A DNA stretch of 32,000 bases, taken from an uncultured Bacilli bacterium. Lineage in GTDB: Bacteria; Bacillota_I; Bacilli_A; RF39; UBA660. The DNA lies in contig CANQBL010000001.1 of the NCBI GenBank assembly GCA_947589105.1, positions 71,146 through 103,145 on the forward strand. The letters run 5' to 3'. Both the position numbers and the translations under genes were made by a program. This document shows positions 18,598 to 25,871 of the stretch, in pieces; the first letter of the stretch is position 1; every line of letters starts with the position of its first letter. Below the pieces are notes generated by a model. It saw only the letters and a program-made list of their open reading frames with translations. It was not told the origin of the DNA and did no database searches.

Positions 18598-19806
18598 TTA
18601 AACAGATTTATATAATCTAATACTTATTATTATTTCTATAATTGATAATACAAATAATATTACTACTACAGTAATCATTGGATTATTTAATAAAATAATT
18701 GTAAAACCTAAGCTCATTGTTGCTCTTACAATTTTTCTTGATAATTCCATTGTTGTCAATAAAGATTGTTGTCCTTCTTTTCCGACATTTCTTAACGCTA
18801 AATCTTGCATATATACTTTAAATGGATCTCTAATAAATAATATAATTATATACCCAAAACTCATAATACTAAATTTTAGTATTATAGAGTTTCTAATAAA
18901 ATATCCTAATATCATAAATATAATAGATGCACAAAGCAATGCCGGTAAAATAACCCCGACCTTTTCCTTATATTTATTGTGTATTTTATTAAAAGCTATA
19001 TTAGAAATAACTCTTACAATTCGAGAAATAGATAATATACCACCAATTACTAAAGCGGTTTTTTCTACGTTAAAGTTTAAAAGCAATTCCTGTTGTATAA
19101 ATAATTTTCCATTAAATTGGCCAGAATTTACAATAGGATAAAATAGACCATAAGAAATGATTAATAATATTATTAATCTATTATATCTTATCTTTTTACT
19201 TGTTTTAAGTTTTATTTCTTCTATTTTAATTTTGTCATAATTAGAAAAATCAATTATATAAAATGACAATATAAAACATATTAAACAAAAGGCAATACAA
19301 CACAACATTGGTAAATAATTATTAAAATTAAACATTATACTTACAATAAATGATATAATCATTGTTACTGTTGCATATATAGTATTAGATTTTGTTTTTA
19401 TTTTTATATATTCATTATTTCTATTTTGCAATTCAAGATTATTTTTTAATATAGCATTTGACATATTTTGAAATGTAAGTGCAATTTCATAAATAATCTT
19501 TCCCAAAGCAATAACTAGATAGTTTTGGCCAAATGTTAATAATATACTTGATATTAATAATGTTAAAGAACCTAACCTAACTGATTTTGTATTTCCTATT
19601 TTTTTAATTATTTTTAATAGTGGAACTTGCAATAATATACAAGCTATTAATGAAACAGTAGTCAAAGAAACTATCTGTGATGAATTAAAATTTTTTACAA
19701 CAGTTAAAAACAATGTATCTATTGCTACCCAAAATAATAAATCACTCGATAAACCTGTATATAGAGGAAATATTTTATTAAACTTCTTCATTCCATCTTG
19801 CTTCAT
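18598..19806 (-). CDS. MFS-type transporter
   Basis: 402 aa with about 12 predicted TM helices in two halves. It lies 98 nt upstream of the P-loop gene with no intervening hairpin, so the two are probably an operon. Confidence 0.7.
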   Translation of the reverse strand: MKQDGMKKFNKIFPLYTGLSSDLLFWVAIDTLFLTVVKNFNSSQIVSLTTVSLIACILLQVPLLKIIKKIGNTKSVRLGSLTLLISSILLTFGQNYLVIALGKIIYEIALTFQNMSNAILKNNLELQNRNNEYIKIKTKSNTIYATVTMIISFIVSIMFNFNNYLPMLCCIAFCLICFILSFYIIDFSNYDKIKIEEIKLKTSKKIRYNRLIILLIISYGLFYPIVNSGQFNGKLFIQQELLLNFNVEKTALVIGGILSISRIVRVISNIAFNKIHNKYKEKVGVILPALLCASIIFMILGYFIRNSIILKFSIMSFGYIIILFIRDPFKVYMQDLALRNVGKEGQQSLLTTMELSRKIVRATMSLGFTIILLNNPMITVVVILFVLSIIEIIISIRLYKSV

Positions 19807-19967
19807 TTATTTTTATCTTCCTTACTTTTTTTCTTATTTTTTTAAATTCATTGCTTTATCTATTATTACCCTTCTTGTTCTTTATTTTTTTAGCATTGTT
19901 TATAATTTTAATTGCTTTAATTGTATCTTCAAATGTTATTTCTTGAAAATATAGTTAATGGAACATC

Positions 19968-20003
19968 AGTATGTATAGTATTATAGGTATTATCCGTATT
20001 ATC
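19968..20003 (-). repeat. degenerate 9-bp tandem repeat block (GATAATACS / TATAATACT type)
   Basis: Minus strand reads GATAATACGGATAATACCTATAATACTATACATACT. It is related to the ATAAATACY blocks at 20147-20183, 20954-20996 and 21022-21050. Confidence 0.6.
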
Positions 20004-20010
20004 TTTATTT

Positions 20011-20061
20011 CCAAAATGAGGAAAAAAGAGGAAAAATTTAGACTTTTATGTCCCCTTTTTT
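20011..20061. repeat. phased A-tract word repeat and imperfect palindrome in a cassette spacer
   Basis: TGAGGAAAAA (20017) and AGAGGAAAAA (20027) are 10 bp apart. AAAAAAGAGGAAAAA faces TTTTATGTCCCCTTTTTT as an imperfect inverted repeat. TTCCAAAATGAGGAAA resembles 17641-17667. Confidence 0.6.
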
Positions 20062-20089
20062 TAGAATTTGCAATCTCTTATAAAACCTG

Positions 20090-20199
20090 CTATTTACCAT
20101 AGCAATTTTTATACTTTTTACCACTGACACAAGTTGAGCCTACTCCAGTATTTATAGTATTTATGGTATTTGTATTATTATTGTTACTATAAATATTTT
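20090..20199 (-). repeat. junction module copy b: decayed SEC-C tail copy preceded by a 9-bp tandem block and AAAATATTTATAGTAA
   Basis: Minus strand translates ENIYSNNNNTNTINTINTGVGSTCVSGKKYKNCYGK then TAG (20092-20090). Of the 42 nt ending at the stop, 35 are identical to the secA tail (22167-22208). No start codon. Confidence 0.8.
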
Positions 20200-20215
20200 C
20201 TCATCTGCAAACAAT

Positions 20216-20689
20216 TTACAAACATTGTTTGCATCCGTTTACTAATTTAATTATATCATCTATCATTATATCAATATCATTTTCTAGGCATATTTTTGCT
20301 TTTTCTAAAGAATTATAAGCATTGGTAAGTATAACTTTATCATATACTATGTTATATTTATTTAACCAATCAAATGTCATTTTATAAGGATCAGAATATT
20401 CGCCATTATCTCTACCACTTATAATATATATTTCATTTCCTTCTTCTTTTAATTTTCTTATATATTCTGGTGCATTTTCTAAAACATTAAGACTTTTAGC
20501 AATTCTTTCAATATTATCATGATAATATTGCTGTTCTTCATCTTTTGGCCAGTTGAACATATCTCTTATATAAACATTATTTTTGATTATACCATTATTT
20601 CCTAATTCTTTATCATGATTAATATAATCATTTAATAATACTTCATTAAAATTTGATAAAACATTATCAATATCAATACCTATACGCAT
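20216..20689 (-). CDS. HAD-superfamily 5'(3')-deoxyribonucleotidase-like protein, C-terminus apparently replaced
   Basis: HAD motif I is DIDNVL, followed by ISGR and motif IV MIDD. The ORF ends only 12 codons after motif IV, inside the TGCAAAC word repeat. An AGAGGTGAG SD precedes the start. Confidence 0.6.
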   Translation of the reverse strand: MRIGIDIDNVLSNFNEVLLNDYINHDKELGNNGIIKNNVYIRDMFNWPKDEEQQYYHDNIERIAKSLNVLENAPEYIRKLKEEGNEIYIISGRDNGEYSDPYKMTFDWLNKYNIVYDKVILTNAYNSLEKAKICLENDIDIMIDDIIKLVNGCKQCL

Positions 20690-20726
20690 ATCTCACCTCT
20701 TTAGAAATATTAAGATATTTAAATAA

Positions 20727-20814
20727 AAATGTTTGCATTAGAATATTCCTTAATTTATAAGGTATTATTCTCATTTTTGCAAACATTTAACTTTTTTGCA
20801 AACAAATTGCAAAC
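20727..20814. repeat. imperfect palindrome plus phased TGCAAAC word repeats in a cassette spacer
   Basis: Perfect 11-bp arms are AAATGTTTGCA (20727-20737) and TGCAAACATTT (20778-20788), with inner arms GAATATTCCTTA / TAAGGTATTATTC around TTATAA. TGCAAAC also starts at 20797 and 20808. Confidence 0.8.
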
Positions 20815-20896
20815 AAAATGCATTATTTTTCAACTTTTATAGTAATTCTTACTTCTTGTATTGTCTTTTGAATCCTTTATTTATAAGGGATAGATG

Positions 20897-21067
20897 TTAT
20901 TTACCACAACAGTTCTTGTATTTCTTACCACTTCCACAAGTTCCCCACTTTTGAGTATATATAGTATTTATAGTATTACCATTATTATCGGTATTTCAAG
21001 GAATTTTAGGTCTGGTAACAAATAGTATTTATGGTATTTATAGTATTATGTTTACTATAAATATTTT
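20897..21067 (-). repeat. junction module copy a: SEC-C tail copy preceded by two 9-bp tandem blocks and AAAATATTTATAGTAA
   Basis: Minus strand translates NTDNNGNTINTIYTQKWGTCGSGKKYKNCCGK then TAA (20899-20897). Of the last 42 nt, 33 are identical to the secA tail, and all 9 differences fall at third codon positions. No start codon; a frame break separates the two tandem blocks. Confidence 0.85.
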
Positions 21068-21200
21068 ATAAAATGGGAACAAATTGGGAACATTGTTATC
21101 ATTCGCCTATAAGTATATTTTAGCACAAATAATTAGTTAATAACAACTTTTTTATTTAGCTTATTACACAATTGTAGTTTTGTATTATAAAGTAGTTAAT

Positions 21201-21803
21201 TTAAAATTTTTTTTCGTATATAAATGCTAGTTCTTTATTAACTTTTCCTAATTTTCCATATTCTTTATTTTCAATAATAGTTTGATAAACCTTTTTGCAT
21301 CCAACGCTTTCATATACTCCATAACTACATGATTCATCAGTTAATATTTGAAGATTTTTCATATTGTCTTTTTTTGCTAAATCAAATACATCTAACAATA
21401 ATTTTTTGCCTATACCTCTTCCCCTATATTGTTTATCCAAAATCAACATTGATAATTCACCATCAAAATAATCTCTCATATTATCAGGAACATAATCATA
21501 ATTTTTTTCATATTCCTTTAAAGCATTAACATCTTTTATTTCTTTACTTTTATATAATAGCTTTTTAACAAAAGCATAAAATTTTTTCTTTAATATATGC
21601 TTTTTTGAGTTCCATTTTGAATATCCTGCAAACCCCAACAATTTATTATTTTCCTTATAATAAACAAATTGTTCTGATTCTTCTAATATTTCTAATAGAT
21701 AAATCCATGCACATAATCTTCGACTGGCACCACTTTCAACTTCGCCTAAATCCCACTCATTTTCTAATAATTCTACTGCTCTCTTCATATCATTAAGTTT
21801 CAT
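21201..21803 (-). CDS. GNAT-family N-acetyltransferase
   Basis: ILDKQYRGRGIGKKLLLDVFDLAKK matches the acetyl-CoA motif. The likely start is ATG 21803 (MKLNDMKRAVELL) after a GGTGA SD; the track start at 21815 is TTG. Confidence 0.75.
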   Translation of the reverse strand: MKLNDMKRAVELLENEWDLGEVESGASRRLCAWIYLLEILEESEQFVYYKENNKLLGFAGYSKWNSKKHILKKKFYAFVKKLLYKSKEIKDVNALKEYEKNYDYVPDNMRDYFDGELSMLILDKQYRGRGIGKKLLLDVFDLAKKDNMKNLQILTDESCSYGVYESVGCKKVYQTIIENKEYGKLGKVNKELAFIYEKKF

Positions 21804-21969
21804 TTTTATCACCAATTTTAATATTTACTTTTTTAATATTATATCATGAAAAAACAATGCTATAAATTTTTTTGTTAAATTTTATTGTCTTTTATAACTT
21901 TATTTCTTATTTATACTTAATAAATCAAAAAACTTTACGGTAACACAAAAATATACTTAATTACATAAA

Positions 21970-21990
21970 AAATCAGCACAATGCTGATTT
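21970..21990 (-). terminator. intrinsic terminator downstream of secA
   Basis: AAATCAGCA-CAA-TGCTGATTT, a 9-bp perfect stem, followed by a T-run on the minus strand. Confidence 0.65.
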
Positions 21991-22003
21991 ACAATGTTAT
22001 CAT

Positions 22004-22100
22004 AAAATGTTCCCATTGGGAAACCCTTGATTTTGCGGGGCTTTTTGGGCATTTTTGGGAACAAAATGAATTTTTTGTGCACATTTTGAGCACATTTTTA
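22004..22100. repeat. phased A/T-tract word repeats immediately 3' of secA
   Basis: Minus strand reads AAAATGTGCTC AAAATGTGCAC AAAAAATTCATTTTGTTCCC AAAAATGCCC AAAAAGCCCCGC AAAATCAAGGGTTTCCCAATGGGAAC. On the plus strand, T-tract starts at 22042, 22052, 22071, 22084 and 22095. GTTCCCA/TGGGAAC words start at 22009, 22017 and 22056. Confidence 0.75.
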
Positions 22101-22166
22101 TAGTTTTAGGGGTTTTCTTTATGATTTTTTCAAAACCAAATACCTCGTAAACCCTTATAAAACCTA

Positions 22167-24677
22167 CTACTTTCCACAACAATTTTTATACTTTTTCCCA
22201 CTTCCACATGGACATGGATCATTACGACCTATCTTTTTTTCTTTTTTAATAGTTCTATTTTTAGACACTTTTTCTAATCCAGTATTAGCATTTCCTTTAA
22301 CTTGTTTTACTTCAAGGTTTTGCCTTATTTCTGCCTTTAAAAGATACAAAGTTATATCTTTATTTATTTTATCAAGCATATTATCAAATAGTTCAAAGCC
22401 TTCTCTAATATAAGCCTGCAAAGGATCTTCATTTGCATACCCTCTTAAAGAAACACTTTCTCTTAAATGATCCATTGTATTTATATGCTCCATCCAATGA
22501 TTATCAATAACTCTAAGCGTTATTGCTTTTTCAAAATCATTTCTTATTTCTAAAGGAAGTTTATCTATTTTATTTTGATATTCTTTAATAGCTTTTTCCT
22601 CTATTAACTCAATTATTTCATTTGTTTCTTTATTTAAAATTTCAGATAATTTTAAATTTGAAGTCCTTAACAATTTTTCATTAACATATTCAACAATCTC
22701 ATTACATTCACTTTCTAATATTATACCATGTTCATTCATGTGATTATGTACAACACTAGAAATATGTTCCTTTATTGTATTTATAACCATTTCATGAATG
22801 TCATCATTATCCAATATTTCATTTCTTTTTGAATACATTATTTCACGATGTTTTCCCATTACATCATCATATTGAAGTAAATGTTTACGAGCATCAAAAT
22901 TATTACCTTCTACTCTTTTTTGGGCCGTTTCAACGGAATGAGTAATAGTTTTGCTCCTCATATTTCTTTGACTATCTAAACCAGCCATTTCTAAAATACT
23001 TTTAAATCTATCTGTTCCAAATCTAACCATTAAGTCATCTTCAAACGACACAAAAAATTGACTATATCCTGGATCCCCTTGTCGACCAGAACGACCTCTT
23101 AATTGGTTATCAATACGTCTTGATTCATGTCTTTCAGTTCCTATTACGCAAAGACCACCAAGTTCTTTAACTCCTTGTCCAAGTTTAATATCAGTACCAC
23201 GTCCTGCCATATTAGTTGCAATAGTAACAGCGCCTTTTTCTCCTGCATGAGCGATAATTTCAGCTTCTCTTGCATGGTTCTTGGCATTTAATGTTTCATG
23301 TTTAATATGAGCTTTTTTAAGTAAACTACTTATCAATTCGTTTGTTTCAATTGCTATAGTACCTACTAAAACGGGTTGTCCTTTTTCATGCCTTCTTTTT
23401 ATTTCTGCAACTATAGCTTTATATTTTTCTTCTTTTGTTGAGTAAATCAAATCAGCCTCATCTTGCCTAATTACCGGCTTATTAGTTGGAATTTCAATAA
23501 CAAACATATTATATATGCTTCTAAATTCTTCTTCTTCTGTTTTAGCTGTACCAGTCATACCAGATAATTTTTCATACATTCTAAAGTAATTTTGAAAAGT
23601 AATTGTAGCAAGAGTCTTTGTTTCTTCTTGTATCTCTACGTTCTCTTTAGCCTCTATAGCTTGATGTAATCCATCTGAAAAAGCTCTGCCAGGCATAAGC
23701 CTACCAGTAAATTGATCAACTATTATTATTTTACCTTCTTGTACAACATAATCAACATCATTATGCATAGTATAATTTGCCTTTAAAGCCTGATTTATGT
23801 GATGAACTAAAGCCGAATGTTCTATATCATAAAGATTATTAAGTCTAAAATAATGTTCTGCTTTTTCTGTTCCTTGATCAGTTAAGGTTATATCTCTTGT
23901 TTTTTCATCTATAATATAATCTTCATTTTCTTTTAAAGTTTTTACATATTTATCCGCATCTTTATAAAGATTTGCAGATTTCATTACTCCTCCAGAAATA
24001 ATTAAAGGGGTTCTTGCCTCATCTATCAATACCGAATCAACTTCATCTATTATTGCAAAATTAAGAGGTCTTTGTACTCTATCTTCTTTTCTTACTACCA
24101 TATTATCTCTTAAGTAATCAAATCCTAACTCATTATTGGTAGAATACAAAATATCAGCTTTATAAGCTTCTTGTTTTTCACTTGGAGACATCTCCCTTAA
24201 ATTAACCGCTACACTTAATCCTAAATAATTATAAATTTGTCCCATCCATTTAGCATCACGACTCGCTAAATATTCATTTACCGTTACTACATGAACTCCT
24301 TTACCTGTTAAAGCGTTTAAGTATGCTGGCATTACGCAAGTTAAAGTTTTACCTTCTCCAGTTTTCATTTCTGAAATATTACCAAAATGAATAGCTAAAG
24401 CACCCAAAACCTGAACATAAAACGGTTTTTCACCAATAACACGATATGCAGCTTCCCTTACTGTGGCAAAAGCATCTGGTATTATTTGATCTAAACTTTC
24501 TCCATCAGCTAATCGTTTTTTTAATTTTTCACTCATTGCCTGAAGAGTTTTATCAGACATTTTAGAATATTTATCTTCTAGTTCGAAAATTTCGTTTGCT
24601 ATTAATTTAAATTTTTCTAATTCCTTATATTCATGATCAAAAATCTTTTTTAACATTTTCAACATAATTTCAATCAT
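22167..24677 (-). CDS. secA: preprotein translocase ATPase SecA
   Basis: 836-aa ORF with the DEAD-like motor (MKTGEGKT, DEVDSVLIDEARTPLIIS) and a C-terminal SEC-C zinc motif CPCGSGKKYKNCCGK. The real start is probably ATG 24665 or 24656 (MLKKIFD), because the GGAG SD abuts the first ATG. Confidence 0.97.
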   Translation of the reverse strand: MIEIMLKMLKKIFDHEYKELEKFKLIANEIFELEDKYSKMSDKTLQAMSEKLKKRLADGESLDQIIPDAFATVREAAYRVIGEKPFYVQVLGALAIHFGNISEMKTGEGKTLTCVMPAYLNALTGKGVHVVTVNEYLASRDAKWMGQIYNYLGLSVAVNLREMSPSEKQEAYKADILYSTNNELGFDYLRDNMVVRKEDRVQRPLNFAIIDEVDSVLIDEARTPLIISGGVMKSANLYKDADKYVKTLKENEDYIIDEKTRDITLTDQGTEKAEHYFRLNNLYDIEHSALVHHINQALKANYTMHNDVDYVVQEGKIIIVDQFTGRLMPGRAFSDGLHQAIEAKENVEIQEETKTLATITFQNYFRMYEKLSGMTGTAKTEEEEFRSIYNMFVIEIPTNKPVIRQDEADLIYSTKEEKYKAIVAEIKRRHEKGQPVLVGTIAIETNELISSLLKKAHIKHETLNAKNHAREAEIIAHAGEKGAVTIATNMAGRGTDIKLGQGVKELGGLCVIGTERHESRRIDNQLRGRSGRQGDPGYSQFFVSFEDDLMVRFGTDRFKSILEMAGLDSQRNMRSKTITHSVETAQKRVEGNNFDARKHLLQYDDVMGKHREIMYSKRNEILDNDDIHEMVINTIKEHISSVVHNHMNEHGIILESECNEIVEYVNEKLLRTSNLKLSEILNKETNEIIELIEEKAIKEYQNKIDKLPLEIRNDFEKAITLRVIDNHWMEHINTMDHLRESVSLRGYANEDPLQAYIREGFELFDNMLDKINKDITLYLLKAEIRQNLEVKQVKGNANTGLEKVSKNRTIKKEKKIGRNDPCPCGSGKKYKNCCGK

Positions 24678-24706
24678 CTCCTATAAAAGATATTGTAACA
24701 AAAAAA

Positions 24707-24739
24707 AGAAAATAATTAAAGGTTTATTAATTATTTTCT
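24707..24739 (-). terminator. strong hairpin after hpf
   Basis: Perfect 13-bp arms are AGAAAATAATTAA (24707-24719) and TTAATTATTTTCT (24727-24739). On the minus strand a T8 run follows. The structure ends about 25 nt before the secA SD. Confidence 0.7.
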
Positions 24740-24752
24740 TTTAAGTTTATTA

Positions 24753-25283
24753 CTATATTGTTTCAATAATTCCATAATTTCCATCTTTTCTTAAATAAAG
24801 AACGCAAACCGAATTAGTATCTACATTCTTAAACACAAAAAACGAGTGTCCCAACATGTTCATTTGTAAAATTGCTTCCTCTTCGTCCATCGGTTTCATA
24901 TCTATTTTTTTTCTTTTAAGAATAGATGAATTATCTTCTTGAAAACTATCTTCTAAATCCATTTCAAAATTTTTAATAATATTTTTCTTTATTCTAGAAT
25001 TGATTTTTGTTTTATTTTTTCTGATTTGTCTTTCTAACTTATCAACCGTAAGATCAATTGCAGCATATAAATCATTGTGAGATTCTTCACTTCTTAATGT
25101 ATAATGCATTGCTGGTATAGTAATTTCAATCTTTTGGCTTTTCCCACGAACTTTTATTACAACATTTGCATCAAGACTATCTGAATTTTCGAAATACTTA
25201 TCTAATTTTCCAATTTTATCTTCTATATAAGATCTTATAGCAGAAGTAATTTCTACTTTTTCACCATGAATATTATATCTCAT
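24753..25283 (-). CDS. hpf: ribosome hibernation-promoting factor, long form
   Basis: 176 aa. The N-terminal S30AE/YfiA fold begins MRYNIHGEKVEITSAIRSYIEDKIGKLDKYF. The C-terminal dimerisation domain reads KPMDEEEAILQMNMLGHSFFVF. It occupies the conserved position upstream of secA. Confidence 0.9.
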   Translation of the reverse strand: MRYNIHGEKVEITSAIRSYIEDKIGKLDKYFENSDSLDANVVIKVRGKSQKIEITIPAMHYTLRSEESHNDLYAAIDLTVDKLERQIRKNKTKINSRIKKNIIKNFEMDLEDSFQEDNSSILKRKKIDMKPMDEEEAILQMNMLGHSFFVFKNVDTNSVCVLYLRKDGNYGIIETI

Positions 25284-25320
25284 AATATCAATCCTCCTAT
25301 AATTAAATTATATCATAAAA

Positions 25321-25354
25321 CAAAAACAAATGCTACTGTTTAACAGTAGCATTT
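25321..25354 (-). terminator. intrinsic terminator of csp
   Basis: AAATGCTACTG-TTTAA-CAGTAGCATTT, an 11-bp stem that includes the stop codon. On the minus strand GTTTTTG follows. Confidence 0.7.
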
Positions 25355-25557
25355 GATACTTCTTTTACATTGATAGCTTGTAATCCTTTTTCTGTTTCTA
25401 ATAATTCATATTCAACTATTTGACCTTCAGAAAGACTTTTATAACCATCTTGTTTAATGGCAGAATAATGAACGAATATGTCTTCATCATTTTCGCCTTC
25501 GATAAAGCCATAACCTTTTTCATTATTAAACCATTTTATCTTACCCACTTTAATCAT
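25333..25557 (-). CDS. csp: cold-shock protein (CspA family)
   Basis: 74 aa. [15 protein letters not shown] and DIFVHYSAI match the RNP1 and RNP2 motifs. Confidence 0.93.
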   Translation of the reverse strand: MIKVGKIKWFNNEKGYGFIEGENDEDIFVHYSAIKQDGYKSLSEGQIVEYELLETEKGLQAINVKEVSNATVKQ

Positions 25558-25871
25558 CGCACTTGCACCTCACTTCCCTTATTGCTTACAACACTACTAT
25601 AACGCTGCAAACATATATTTTCAATCCCGTATCGTTCATCAAATTTCGACAAATTTTGCAGTGAACTATTTTATGATACTAAAATGTGAAAAAATTTTAT
25701 CATAAAAATATTAAAACGACTTTTTTTATTATTAAAAGGACAAATTTTAAAAGAGTATATTGTATTTTTATTATTTTTGGATGACTTTTATAACATTTTA
25801 AAAGTATTTTAATTTAATTAATATTAAATAATGTAAAATGTTCCAAGAAATATTAGATAACGAGGTGCAGT

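Larger units (their letters stand above)
16545..22166 (-). other. accessory cassette array inserted between secA and prfB (four units, no recombinase)
   Basis: Five same-strand cargo genes separated by 346-511 bp spacers that reuse the same sequence modules (see repeat features and findings). Confidence 0.6.

Noticed and set aside
19968-22100. Possible CRISPR array suggested by the many short repeats
   Set aside because: The repeat units are 7-11 bp and tandem or helically phased. There are no 25-40 bp repeats alternating with unique spacers, and no cas genes.
16545-22166. Annotating the secA-prfB insert as a defined mobile element (ICE, IME, transposon or integron)
   Set aside because: The window contains no recombinase, transposase or relaxase gene, no terminal inverted repeats of IS type, and no intI. 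Only the att-like repeats are visible, so it is reported as a cassette array of unknown mobility.
22000-22182. 60-aa minus-strand ORF (MLWKVVGFIRVYEV...KMCSKCAQKIHFVPKNAQKAPQNQGFPNGNIL) overlapping the secA stop
   Set aside because: It starts inside the secA tail in another frame and has no SD. Its reading frame simply runs through the phased A-tract word repeats, so the repetitive K/Q/N-rich sequence is a by-product of the DNA repeat.
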